Below are positions 26,128-35,221 of a stretch of DNA of 36,148 bases, piece by piece. Location: positions 16,967 through 53,114 of the forward strand of contig CAZRNI010000002.1 in assembly GCA_964601425.1 (NCBI GenBank). Direction: 5' to 3'. The position numbers and the translations under genes were made by a program. The first letter of the stretch is position 1. Every line of letters begins with the position of its first letter. This DNA comes from an uncultured Eubacterium sp. (GTDB taxonomy: Bacteria > Bacillota > Clostridia > Lachnospirales > Lachnospiraceae). The notes beneath the pieces are model-generated. The model saw only the letters and a program-made list of their open reading frames with translations, ran no database searches and had not been told where the DNA came from.

Positions 26128-27693
26128 TAGCAACTCGCTTAATGATGAAAGAATCGTCTGTGCAGCGTTTGTAATTCTTATTTGCTCCTGCAAAGGTGGT
26201 AAAGGGAAAAGATAATTTGCAATATAGTCCTTTCCAACACGTTGTTGCCCGGCTGTGCCTGTAAATGCCGCAACACCACCAGTAATAAAAGCATGCGTTT
26301 TGCAAACGAGCAGAACGTAGGGCATATAAATATTATACGTTTCGTCCCGTAAAACGTGCAGTTCTGTTGTGCCAGCACCATAACCATTCGGCATTCCGCT
26401 TATAACGGCAGATTTTCTGTTCTGAAAGCATGGAGTGATCTTAGCCACAACTATATCGTTATCTCTAAAGTGCGTGAAGCCAGACTTAACATCGCTCCAA
26501 AGCCGCTCTTCAAATGAATGATGATTGTTGAAGCCGTCCTTCAATAAAGGCATCGGCATAAATCCAACAACTGTGTCATCTGACAGTTGGTTTCGAGGGT
26601 TAATGCTGAATATCGCAGACATCCTACACCATTCCCACGAATCCGGAATATCAAATGGAATCTCATCGTCGATACAACGTTCTATTTTACCCAACTTCTC
26701 ATAATGAGAATTATCCCTTCTGAAAATGACGGATTCATTCTTGTCGCGTTTGATCTTATCTTCCTTGATCAGGCGTTCCTTTTCAGCGTGTATGCGCTCC
26801 AGAAGAATACTGGCGGGCTCGTCGGAGGGATCCTGTGGGACAAGCTTGCCCTGGACAGCTATTTGCAGAATGGATTTCTTGATCTGTTCGGGAAATGTTT
26901 CATTAAGGGAACTCAATGCTTGTTCTTTTACGTTATATAGCTCAATATAGGGCATCAATTGTTTGATTTTAGTGACAATTCTACCTTGCTCTGATAAAGG
27001 AGGAATCGGGACAAGTAAAGAGGTCATTGTCTCCGTTCCAGCTCTTGGCATTTTAATACCGTACGTTTCTGCATTAATTGAACTGTCCACATAAGGACAC
27101 TGAAGATAAGACACTATGTAGTCGGCATCAATATTACCATAAGCCTTGAACGGAACAATTTCTGGCGTGCATATACCATCTTCATCAGCGACAAGGATTT
27201 TCAGGAGATATGGACGCAGTTTACTGTAAAGAACGTCACCTTTTTCAAAGAGAGTCTTGTCGCCTATGGCTTTTCGTTCTCCAACTGTATGTTTTGCCAA
27301 AAGGCGACCACCTTTTTCTATATCCTCAAGATCAAGCCCCCACATATCGGGATCAGCATCTTTTGCATTGATTTTCTTCTTCGTTTGTGAGTATGTGGAA
27401 ATCATTCCAAGACGGGCCCAGTCCCATGAATCCGGTATATCAAACGGTACCTCATCCGCAATGCTTACCGGCTCCTTATCCCCGACCTTCTCATAGGGCG
27501 TATTATCGGCACCACGGAAGATGTAAGACAGCTTCTTGTCCTTCTTGATTTTTCCTTCTTTGATCAGCTGTTCTTTCTCTTTGCGTATGCGCTCCAGCAA
27601 CACCCTTGCCGGTTCATCATTCGGATCCTGCGGAACAAGTTTACCGGAGACAGCCATCTGCAGTATGGAATTCTTTAATTGCTGTGCATTCAT
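26125..27693 (-). CDS. hsdS: Type I R-M specificity subunit, expressed allele TRD1a+TRD2a
   Basis: Two SILQ.AV.GKLVPQDP.DEPA conserved regions, two PFDIPDSW-led TRDs, and PPL.EQ motifs. ATGA-coupled to hsdM. Confidence 0.95.
   Translation of the reverse strand: MNAQQLKNSILQMAVSGKLVPQDPNDEPARVLLERIRKEKEQLIKEGKIKKDKKLSYIFRGADNTPYEKVGDKEPVSIADEVPFDIPDSWDWARLGMISTYSQTKKKINAKDADPDMWGLDLEDIEKGGRLLAKHTVGERKAIGDKTLFEKGDVLYSKLRPYLLKILVADEDGICTPEIVPFKAYGNIDADYIVSYLQCPYVDSSINAETYGIKMPRAGTETMTSLLVPIPPLSEQGRIVTKIKQLMPYIELYNVKEQALSSLNETFPEQIKKSILQIAVQGKLVPQDPSDEPASILLERIHAEKERLIKEDKIKRDKNESVIFRRDNSHYEKLGKIERCIDDEIPFDIPDSWEWCRMSAIFSINPRNQLSDDTVVGFMPMPLLKDGFNNHHSFEERLWSDVKSGFTHFRDNDIVVAKITPCFQNRKSAVISGMPNGYGAGTTELHVLRDETYNIYMPYVLLVCKTHAFITGGVAAFTGTAGQQRVGKDYIANYLFPLPPLQEQIRITNAAQTILSSLSELL
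26691..26727 (-). repeat. hsdS inversion site IR-B/IR-C (right), inside the expressed hsdS before TRD2
   Basis: Partner of 24115-24143 and 24711-24730. Confidence 0.85.
27482..27511 (-). repeat. hsdS inversion site IR-A (right), before TRD1
   Basis: Partner of 23298-23327. Confidence 0.9.
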
Positions 27694-29183
27694 TTATCGT
27701 CATTCTCCGTCATATCTATTCCGAGGATTTCCGTGATTTGTGCCAGAATCCGGTCTATATCCGCATTCAATGAGGCTCGTTTTTCCTGATACTGTTGAAT
27801 CAGTTCTTTCGGCGGTAGGATTTCTTCCTCTTCATGAGGATATCCGCAAAGATCAATGTTGTATGTACGGGCAGCGATCTCATCAACCGTATACTTCTTA
27901 GCTTTATCGAATCCATCAACGGTGATCTCTTCCCGATTGTTCCACCACTCAATTGCCGGAGAGAAATGCTCCAGCTTCATTGGCTTTGTCTTGGAGAAAT
28001 TCTTGTATCCGTCCGGCATATCCAAGCGATAAAACCAGGTCTCTTCGGTTGGTTTGCTATGATCAAAGAACAGTATATTCGTTGTTATGCTGGTATACGG
28101 CGCAAATACACTGTGCGGCATTCGTATTACGGTATGAAGGTTGAACTCTGAAAGTAGTTTCTTCTTGATTGCCACCTTGGCATTATCTGTTCCAAACAGA
28201 AATCCGTCCGGAAGAATCACGGCTGCACGGCCGGTTTCTTTAAGGCGATACATGATGACGGACATGAAAAGATCTGCCGTCTCTGAGCTGGCGAGGTCTG
28301 AAGGAAAATGGTTCTTTACCTCTGTCTTCTCACTTCCGCCATAGGGCGGATTCATTAACACGACGTCAAACTGATCATCTTGAGTGTAGTCCAAGACATC
28401 CCTAATCAGAGAATTATCGTGATAAACCTGCGGGACGTCAATGTCATGCAGCAGCATATTTGTAATGCAGAGCATATAGGGGAACTGCTTCTTTTCAATG
28501 CCATAAATCGAAGTATTGTACTGGGACAGATTGTCTTCCGAATCCCCGATCTGTGGAGAAAGTTCTTTCAGCCAGGAAGTTAGAAACCCACCTGTGCCGC
28601 ACGCAAAATCCGCGCAGGTCTCGCCGATCTGCGGCTGAATCATTTTTGCCATAAAGTCGGTAACGGCACGCGGTGTGTAGAACTCGCCGGAAGAACCCGC
28701 ACTCTGCAATTCACGAAGAATTGACTCATAGATTTCGCCAAAGGCATGACTCTCTTCGTAATCACTCAGATCCAGTTCATCAATAATATTGATAACCTGT
28801 CTGAGAAGAACGCCGTCTTTCATGTACTGGTTGGCATCTTCAAAGGTGGTTTTCACAATGGATTTTTTAATCGGCGTCTCTGGATCCACTTCCAGCCCCT
28901 TAAGCGTCGGAAAAAGGGTGTTGTTTACAAAGTTCAGTAGAGTATCTCCGGTCATTGCCGAACCAGAGCGATCATCCCGTGCCCAGTTGATCCATCTGCA
29001 GTCTTCCGGAATTATGGACTCGTATTCATCATCATTGATCTCCCAATCCTGTTCCTTAGCATCATAAACCTTCAGGAACAGCATCCAGGCAATCTGTTCA
29101 ATTCGCTGCGCATCGCCGTTGATACCGGCGTCATTGCGCATGATATCGCGGATTCTCTTTACAAAACTTGATAAATTGCTCAC
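27690..29183 (-). CDS. hsdM: Type I R-M N6-adenine methyltransferase subunit
   Basis: GEFYTPR, DFACGTGGF and NPPY motifs. GTG start abutting the hsdR stop. Confidence 0.95.
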   Translation of the reverse strand: MSNLSSFVKRIRDIMRNDAGINGDAQRIEQIAWMLFLKVYDAKEQDWEINDDEYESIIPEDCRWINWARDDRSGSAMTGDTLLNFVNNTLFPTLKGLEVDPETPIKKSIVKTTFEDANQYMKDGVLLRQVINIIDELDLSDYEESHAFGEIYESILRELQSAGSSGEFYTPRAVTDFMAKMIQPQIGETCADFACGTGGFLTSWLKELSPQIGDSEDNLSQYNTSIYGIEKKQFPYMLCITNMLLHDIDVPQVYHDNSLIRDVLDYTQDDQFDVVLMNPPYGGSEKTEVKNHFPSDLASSETADLFMSVIMYRLKETGRAAVILPDGFLFGTDNAKVAIKKKLLSEFNLHTVIRMPHSVFAPYTSITTNILFFDHSKPTEETWFYRLDMPDGYKNFSKTKPMKLEHFSPAIEWWNNREEITVDGFDKAKKYTVDEIAARTYNIDLCGYPHEEEEILPPKELIQQYQEKRASLNADIDRILAQITEILGIDMTENDDK

Positions 29184-31568
29184 TTATGCCACCTCATATA
29201 TTGCATTTTCCAAAGACTTCAGTGCATTAAGATATGCTGCTTTCCCGCCGAAATAACTTACTATCTTTGCAGGAGTCCCGTACTTTTTCAACGGATCCAG
29301 ACTCAGAATCTTCATACTCTCGATTTGATCGATTCCTAGGTTCATGTATTTGTCCAGCAGCACTTCCAGAACTTCTTTTGCAGCTCCGCTGTATTTTGTA
29401 AAGAAATCCTGCTTTTTGACTCCTTCCGCACGTTCTTTCCTTGTCAGCGGTTTTTTATCATACGCAACATGGCAAATAAAATCGAAATCGTCAACGTCGG
29501 CCATGTTCTGATCTTCCTTCAATGCCTGTAGATCAATGCCTCTTTCCCGCAGAAGAGAACTCACTTCTGCTTTTTTCTGTATGGCGTTCCAATAGGCGAT
29601 AAACCGGTCCAGGGAAGCATATTCACCCCGGATATTTGTTTTGGTATAGTCTATGATGCTTTCCTGCCTCAGAAGCTTTCCGTTGGCATCATAAATGGAA
29701 ACAGTCTTGTTAATAATATGAACCTCACAACCGTCGGCATCCACATAGGGTTTCGGTTGTGTTGGTGGCGGATCTATCGGACCAGGCGGTGGTGTGACCG
29801 GTGGATCGTCCTGTGGTTTCTTCGGCGATCTGTTTGGATCATAATCCGGATCCGGTTCAATCGGACCATCCCAATCCGGATCTGCAAAAAGGCGGGATAC
29901 GCTTCGGAAATCCATTACAGTAAAGTGTGTCTTGCCTTCCTTCTCACGCAGCCGCGTTCCGCGACCAATGATCTGTTTGAATTCTGTCATGGAATTAATC
30001 ATTTGATCGAGGACAATAAGCTTGGTCATCTTGCAGTCCGCACCTGTCGAGAGCAGCTTGGACGTTGTCGCGATTACCGGGAACTTCGCTGAAACAGAAA
30101 TAAAATAGTCGAGCTTACTCTTTCCATAAGTGTCACTGCCCGTAATTCGGACGACATAGTCTGGATTCTGTTTGACCATATCAGAATTCAGATTTGACAG
30201 GGCGATGCGCATGCGCTCAGCATGATCTTCTGTTGCACAGAAAACAATGGTCTTTGCCATACGGTCTGTGGACTTCAGATAATTGGTTATTTCCTGTGCC
30301 ACCTGATTTATCCGGTCTTCCAGTATGATGTTATAGTCATAATCGCTGTTATTGTATATGCGGTCTTCGATGACATTTCCATAGATGTCGCGCTGTCCGT
30401 GGTACGGGCGCCAACCGTCACCGATATCAGTTGTAATGTTTATGACACGGAACGGCGCAAGGAATCCGTCCTCAATTCCTTCACGAAGACTATATGTATA
30501 AATGGGATCTCCAAAGTAATTGATATTGGAAACGTACTTTGTTTCTTTCGGCGTAGCAGTCATGCCAATCTGTGTCGAAGAGGAGAAATAATCCAGGATC
30601 TTTCTCCAGTTACTGTCCTTCTTGGCCGATCCGCGATGGCACTCATCAACGATTACAAGATCAAAGAAGTTTGGCTTGAAGAGTGCCGCCAGCCTTGAAA
30701 CGGTCTCATCCTCAGACTCAGCGTCTTCATTATCCTCTCCGCCGGTAAGCTGCTGATATAAGGAAAAATACACCTCGTGAGACGTTATCGTCGATGGGTC
30801 GTCCTTGGCAAAGTTGATTTTATGAATTGTCTTCTCAAGAGGAGCAAAATCCTGTTGGATCGATTGATCAACAAGGATATTCCGATCTGCCAGATACAGT
30901 ATTTTCTTCTTTAAGCCCGCCTTCAAAAGACGATACACTATCTGGAAAGCCGTATAGGTCTTCCCGGTTCCAGTTGCCATGACCAGCAGCAAACGATCCT
31001 GTCCTTTTGCAATGGCATCAACAGTCCTGTTGATGGCAATGCGCTGATAGTATCTGGGCGGATATGTATTCTGGCTGGTGTAGTAAGGCTGCCGGATGAT
31101 GGCCATTTCCTCTTCGGAAATTCCCTGTCCCCCATTTCCCTCTCTCTGGTATCTGCTGATAAGCTCGTCATAGGTGGGAAACTGATCCAATGGAATCTGC
31201 TTTTCCAGTCCTGTCAGAAAATCATGTTCATAAAAAGCATCGCCGTTAGAGCTATAGGCAAACGGAACGTCCAGCATCTGCGCATATGTCATCGCCTGCT
31301 GAAGCCCGAAGGAAACTGAATGATTATTGTCTTTGGCTTCAACGATAGCTATAGGGTAATTACGCTCGACATAAAGAATATAATCTGCTTTCTTCGGCGC
31401 TTCTCTGGCAACAAGATTTCCACGCAGGTTAATTTTTCCGTCCGTGAATTGCACCTTGGTTTCCATGGTGATCTTGTTTTGCCATCCTCGGCTTACTAAT
31501 GCTGGTGTAATGTAATTCAGTTTTATATCTTCTTCAGTCATTTGATGTTTGGGAAGAATCGTGCTCAT
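29184..31568 (-). CDS. hsdR: Type I restriction subunit R (EcoAI/type IB-like)
   Basis: ADY...IVEAK nuclease motif, MATGTGKT, DECHRG, GMTATP and QIIGRGTR. AAGGAG RBS before ATG at 31568. Confidence 0.95.
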   Translation of the reverse strand: MSTILPKHQMTEEDIKLNYITPALVSRGWQNKITMETKVQFTDGKINLRGNLVAREAPKKADYILYVERNYPIAIVEAKDNNHSVSFGLQQAMTYAQMLDVPFAYSSNGDAFYEHDFLTGLEKQIPLDQFPTYDELISRYQREGNGGQGISEEEMAIIRQPYYTSQNTYPPRYYQRIAINRTVDAIAKGQDRLLLVMATGTGKTYTAFQIVYRLLKAGLKKKILYLADRNILVDQSIQQDFAPLEKTIHKINFAKDDPSTITSHEVYFSLYQQLTGGEDNEDAESEDETVSRLAALFKPNFFDLVIVDECHRGSAKKDSNWRKILDYFSSSTQIGMTATPKETKYVSNINYFGDPIYTYSLREGIEDGFLAPFRVINITTDIGDGWRPYHGQRDIYGNVIEDRIYNNSDYDYNIILEDRINQVAQEITNYLKSTDRMAKTIVFCATEDHAERMRIALSNLNSDMVKQNPDYVVRITGSDTYGKSKLDYFISVSAKFPVIATTSKLLSTGADCKMTKLIVLDQMINSMTEFKQIIGRGTRLREKEGKTHFTVMDFRSVSRLFADPDWDGPIEPDPDYDPNRSPKKPQDDPPVTPPPGPIDPPPTQPKPYVDADGCEVHIINKTVSIYDANGKLLRQESIIDYTKTNIRGEYASLDRFIAYWNAIQKKAEVSSLLRERGIDLQALKEDQNMADVDDFDFICHVAYDKKPLTRKERAEGVKKQDFFTKYSGAAKEVLEVLLDKYMNLGIDQIESMKILSLDPLKKYGTPAKIVSYFGGKAAYLNALKSLENAIYEVA

Positions 31569-31660
31569 ATCCGATCTCCTTGTTTTGCTTCTCATAATCA
31601 CCAATTATCGGAAGTTCAGGGCAGCAAATAGCCAGTCCATACGTCCTGTCGCTCCAAATA

Positions 31661-31870
31661 CTACTTGTCTGGAACCATTTCTACAATGTCATCCAGTTTG
31701 CAGCCGAAATAATCGCATATCTTTACGAGAATATTCAGGCGTACATCTTCATTCTTGCCAAGCTTCGCCATGGCATTTGTACTGATCTTTGTTGCCCTTA
31801 TCAGATCCATTTTCATCATATGGTTATCTTCAAGCAGTTTCCAAAGCTTATCGTAATTCACCTTAGACAT
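31661..31870 (-). CDS. Cro/C1-type HTH (HTH_26) regulator
   Basis: YDKLWKLL...AMAKLGKNEDV..ILVKIC...CKLDDIVE. Confidence 0.9.
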   Translation of the reverse strand: MSKVNYDKLWKLLEDNHMMKMDLIRATKISTNAMAKLGKNEDVRLNILVKICDYFGCKLDDIVEMVPDK

Positions 31871-31968
31871 AATGCCCTCCGCATCATCTCAGTAACGATA
31901 TACACAATAATTGTACCAGAAAAGAAATAACAAATCCATTGCATTTTGAAAAACGCAAATCCACAAAC

Positions 31969-32125
31969 CGGCAAGCGATGCCTCGTTGATCCACCAGCCT
32001 CCGGCCACTGTATCGTCACACGAGGCGCTTGCCGCTTATCGCTTGTCGGGGAAGCACCCCGGAGCCCCTTGATCATCACGCGTCACGTGATGGCTGGAAG
32101 TAGCGTAAGGCGCGGCTGCGCCACC
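31969..32125. other. Multi-hairpin non-coding element downstream of the relaxase (candidate oriT or structured RNA)
   Basis: Four inverted repeats: 31969-32034, 32047-32061, 32074-32092 and 32109-32122. Confidence 0.45.
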
Positions 32126-32159
32126 CCTGACATGTCGTCGGCCGCATTCCAAATCGCTT

Positions 32160-33554
32160 TCAGCGATGCGGTCTCCTCGCGTTCCGTTCCGGAACGCTAT
32201 CTCTCTCCAGAAGCATCTCAACATTCTTCTGTGCGATCGTGTACTGTTTCATCTCTTTTCTGGCCGTCCGGTACTCCTTATAAGCTTCCTTTTTCCGTTC
32301 CAGAACAGCCGCGTATTCAGCGGACAACTCTTTCATTTTCGGAATCTTTTTATCCGGCAGGGAATCAAATGTTTTCTTCGCGGCCTTGTGGATCGAGATC
32401 TCTTCCCGGTGTTCTTCGAAGAATTTTTTGCTGTAACCGGCTTTGCGGTATGCCTCATAAGCTGTCCGGGTCTTGGAATAATCCGTGATCGCCTTCTTCA
32501 ATGTCCCGATCTCTTTCAGCCGCGCTTCGCAGGCTTTGATCTCGTCCGAAAGCGCATGAAAATCATCGGTCGCCTTTTCCGCCAGGGCATCCAGTTTCTC
32601 GTAAGAATCGATGTCATTCTCCTGAAGGAAAATGAGGACTTCCGCAGCCTGGGTATTGTTGAAATGCTGCGCCCAGCGCTCGTAGCCTTTTCCCTTTTTC
32701 TGCTGCAGGATCTGCTCAAAATCCTTCATAAGGCTGAACGAGAACTCCGGCTGTTTTATCACGCTGCCGGCGTCTCTGCCTCCGGATGCATTCTTCATGA
32801 TTTCTTCCCGAAGCTCCGGTTCGGAATACCCGGCCCCGAGAGACCGGAAGCGAATATACCGGTCCATCTTTTTTGACCGCACAGAGACCTGTTTGCCCCG
32901 CTTGATCTCATAGCCCGCCTGCTGCAGAAGGAGCAGAAGTTCTTCAAAAGATCCGGGACGTTTTTCCATGATCTCATCCAGATCCATCCGCAGGATCTCG
33001 CGATGGGAGAGTTCTTTTTTATAGGTCGTCCGTTTGGGCCATTCTCTCCGCGGTTTCTCCTCGATGATGGAGAGACCGTGCTCCACGCAGATCGTGTCGC
33101 TGAGGCGGCGGAGGGCATAGGTGGAGAGGAAGAAATTCCGGAACTTTTTCTCCGCGGTCAGATCCACGGCATTGAACAGGATATGATTATGAACGTGCGC
33201 CCGGTCGATGTGTGTCGAGACAACAAAGGCGTGCTTCCCCTTTGTGAACCGCATCGCCAGTTCATAGCCGATCTTGTTTGCTTCTTCCGGGGAGATTTCG
33301 CTCGGTTTGAAGGCCTGGCGGATCTGATAGCCGATCACATCCGACTCGCGCTCGCTGCCGTGAGCAGACAGATATCTTCCCAGGTCCAGCATGAATTCCT
33401 GCCAGGCAAGATGCGGATCGCATTCATAGGAATCCAACAGTTTCCCTTCGTTTGTTTTTGCCGGATCCTCCGCGTAATCGATCCGGTCTTTGATGCTTGC
33501 CGCTGCTGTTTTTCCTTTGTTGATATGAAGCGGGATCAGTCGTGTCGCTGCCAT
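32160..33554 (-). CDS. Relaxase/mobilisation nuclease (MOBP-like)
   Basis: RIDYA catalytic Tyr region, YQIRQAF.P.E, and HAFVVSTHIDRAHVHNHI 3H motif. GGAGGT RBS before ATG at 33554. Confidence 0.92.
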   Translation of the reverse strand: MAATRLIPLHINKGKTAAASIKDRIDYAEDPAKTNEGKLLDSYECDPHLAWQEFMLDLGRYLSAHGSERESDVIGYQIRQAFKPSEISPEEANKIGYELAMRFTKGKHAFVVSTHIDRAHVHNHILFNAVDLTAEKKFRNFFLSTYALRRLSDTICVEHGLSIIEEKPRREWPKRTTYKKELSHREILRMDLDEIMEKRPGSFEELLLLLQQAGYEIKRGKQVSVRSKKMDRYIRFRSLGAGYSEPELREEIMKNASGGRDAGSVIKQPEFSFSLMKDFEQILQQKKGKGYERWAQHFNNTQAAEVLIFLQENDIDSYEKLDALAEKATDDFHALSDEIKACEARLKEIGTLKKAITDYSKTRTAYEAYRKAGYSKKFFEEHREEISIHKAAKKTFDSLPDKKIPKMKELSAEYAAVLERKKEAYKEYRTARKEMKQYTIAQKNVEMLLERDSVPERNARRPHR

Positions 33555-33564
33555 GGTCACCTCC

Positions 33565-33609
33565 AAAAAAGAGCGCCCATTCCATCTCCCGAAAGAGTGA
33601 AATGAGCGC
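33565..33609 (-). terminator. Intrinsic terminator after the merR-family gene
   Basis: Minus strand GCGCTCATTTCACTC-TTTCGG-GAGATGGAATGGGCGC-TCTTTTTT, ending at the relaxase RBS. Confidence 0.6.
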
Positions 33610-33642
33610 AGACGCGTTGTTTTTGTTTATGATGTAATCCGG

Positions 33643-34371
33643 TTATTTCCCGCAGTGGATCTCGATGGCTTTGCCGGCAAATACGGCCGTTCCCTCGCCG
33701 CCGAAGCGGTCGATGTTCATGGTGAAATCTCCGCCTCCGGCATACATTTTTCCGAGCCCGCTTAATATCTCATCCGTGCAGGTGTACATGTGTTCCGTGA
33801 TATAATCCTGGAGCTTTTGTACCATTGTCTGGGCTTCTTCGGATGCCGGATCCGTATCGCGTATCGTGCCGAATTCCGCAAAGATATCGATCATCCCCTG
33901 ATGGATCTTCAGATTATCTTCTTTCGTCCGGCCTTTGGATCTTTCCTCGTATTCCTTCCAGGCAGGCGTCGTGCCCCAGGAAGCCTTGGCCTCCCTGGCG
34001 TATTCATCTATCTTTCGCGTGTCAAATGCATCAAATGTCAATTGTTTCACCCCCATTGCTTTGATCCCGACCGCAAAGTCGATCAGGTTCTCGATGTGTT
34101 CCTTCTTCAGCTTCAGAAGCTCGATCTGCTGCTCCAGCGCCTTGCTTCTGTCGAAGCCGGGACTGTTGACGATCTGCGCGATCTCTTTCAGAGGGAATTC
34201 CAGCTCCCGGAAGAGCAGGATCTGCTGCAGCTTTTCAAGGCAGGCATTGTCGTAGAGCCTATACTCGGAATCCGTGCGTTTTGCCGGGTGCAGAAGGCCG
34301 ATCTTGTCGTAATACTGCAGGGTGCGTATACTCACGCCTGTCAACTGGCTGACTTCTTTTACGGTCATCAT
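33643..34371 (-). CDS. MerR-family regulator with TipAS antibiotic-recognition domain (Mta/TipA-like)
   Basis: MTVKEVS.LTGVSIRTLQYYDKIGLL HTH. C-terminal DPASEEAQ...LGKMY...F..NID..G.GTA.F. GAGAGG RBS before ATG at 34371. Confidence 0.9.
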   Translation of the reverse strand: MMTVKEVSQLTGVSIRTLQYYDKIGLLHPAKRTDSEYRLYDNACLEKLQQILLFRELEFPLKEIAQIVNSPGFDRSKALEQQIELLKLKKEHIENLIDFAVGIKAMGVKQLTFDAFDTRKIDEYAREAKASWGTTPAWKEYEERSKGRTKEDNLKIHQGMIDIFAEFGTIRDTDPASEEAQTMVQKLQDYITEHMYTCTDEILSGLGKMYAGGGDFTMNIDRFGGEGTAVFAGKAIEIHCGK

Positions 34372-34407
34372 GGCTGAAATCCTCTCTTTTCCGTCCTCGT
34401 TACTGCT

Positions 34408-34438
34408 ACTATAAGCCATGACGCAACGTAAGGGTCAA
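34408..34438 (-). promoter_or_regulatory. MerR-type promoter with 19-bp spacer
   Basis: TTGACC-CTTACGTTGCGTCATGGCT-TATAGT. The 19-bp spacer with an internal dyad is the MerR hallmark. Confidence 0.75.
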
Positions 34439-34464
34439 TACTTTTTATGGGTCTGCCCGTAAAA

Positions 34465-34755
34465 TCAGGAGCGGATAAACTGCCTCATCCTGCTGCCGGC
34501 AATATCGATCGCCCCGAGCAGAAGGCCGATCAGAAGATAAAATGCCACACAGGCACCTGCAACAGCGGCCAGGATGATCAGTCCCCGCCAGTCTGCCCGC
34601 ACGGCGCAGTAGATCCCGCAGCCGATCACGAATACCAGGAACGGACCTGCCAGCACGCAGCTCAGCTTTGCCAGGATCTCTATGATGATGCCGACCGTTT
34701 TCAGTGCCGCAAATGCGGGAACGGCCATGATCTTTCCGAATATCCTCATTTTCAT
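34465..34755 (-). CDS. CD1845-like small membrane protein of Firmicutes conjugative elements
   Basis: 96-aa hydrophobic ORF directly after mobC. AAGGAGG RBS. Confidence 0.6.
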   Translation of the reverse strand: MKMRIFGKIMAVPAFAALKTVGIIIEILAKLSCVLAGPFLVFVIGCGIYCAVRADWRGLIILAAVAGACVAFYLLIGLLLGAIDIAGSRMRQFIRS

Positions 34756-34879
34756 GCGCCTCCTTCGCTTTTTCTTTATTGTAAAAAGGGCTTTCCGGCG
34801 TGACAAGTTTGTCGCCGTATGTAAATCCGGCGCAGGCTGTGCGCCGGGTGTTTTGTTGTTCCTGACCTCCGCATATCCG

Positions 34880-35221
34880 TCATTGTCCCTGCAGTGCGTT
34901 CAGCCGTTCCAGGATCTTTTCTGTTTTGTCATAGATCTGATCCAGCCGCTTTCGCAGGTCCCGGATATCCTCTTTATAGATGCTGCCGGTCTCATTTGCT
35001 TTCTTCGCGTACTGGTTCAGGTTGTTGCTGCACCGCCGAAGAAGAGACGTCATTTCCTTGATCTCCGGAAGGTCCAGCTGGATGCAATATCCGTCCAGTA
35101 CCATTTTCCGAAGATAGGCCGCGTGGTTACGGATCCCCAGGGATTCGATCTTTTTGCACATCTGCGCGTATTCCTTATCACTCATCACAAAATGCACATG
35201 CCGGAATCTCGTTCTTGCCAT
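34880..35221 (-). CDS. mobC: Plasmid mobilisation relaxosome protein MobC
   Basis: AYLRKMVLDGY...LRRCSNNLNQYAKKANETG motif. Confidence 0.9.
   Translation of the reverse strand: MARTRFRHVHFVMSDKEYAQMCKKIESLGIRNHAAYLRKMVLDGYCIQLDLPEIKEMTSLLRRCSNNLNQYAKKANETGSIYKEDIRDLRKRLDQIYDKTEKILERLNALQGQ

Noticed and set aside
29750-29885. GATCC/CCGGAT-rich repetitive stretch in hsdR
   Set aside because: It encodes a Pro/Asp-rich interdomain linker and is not a separate repeat element.
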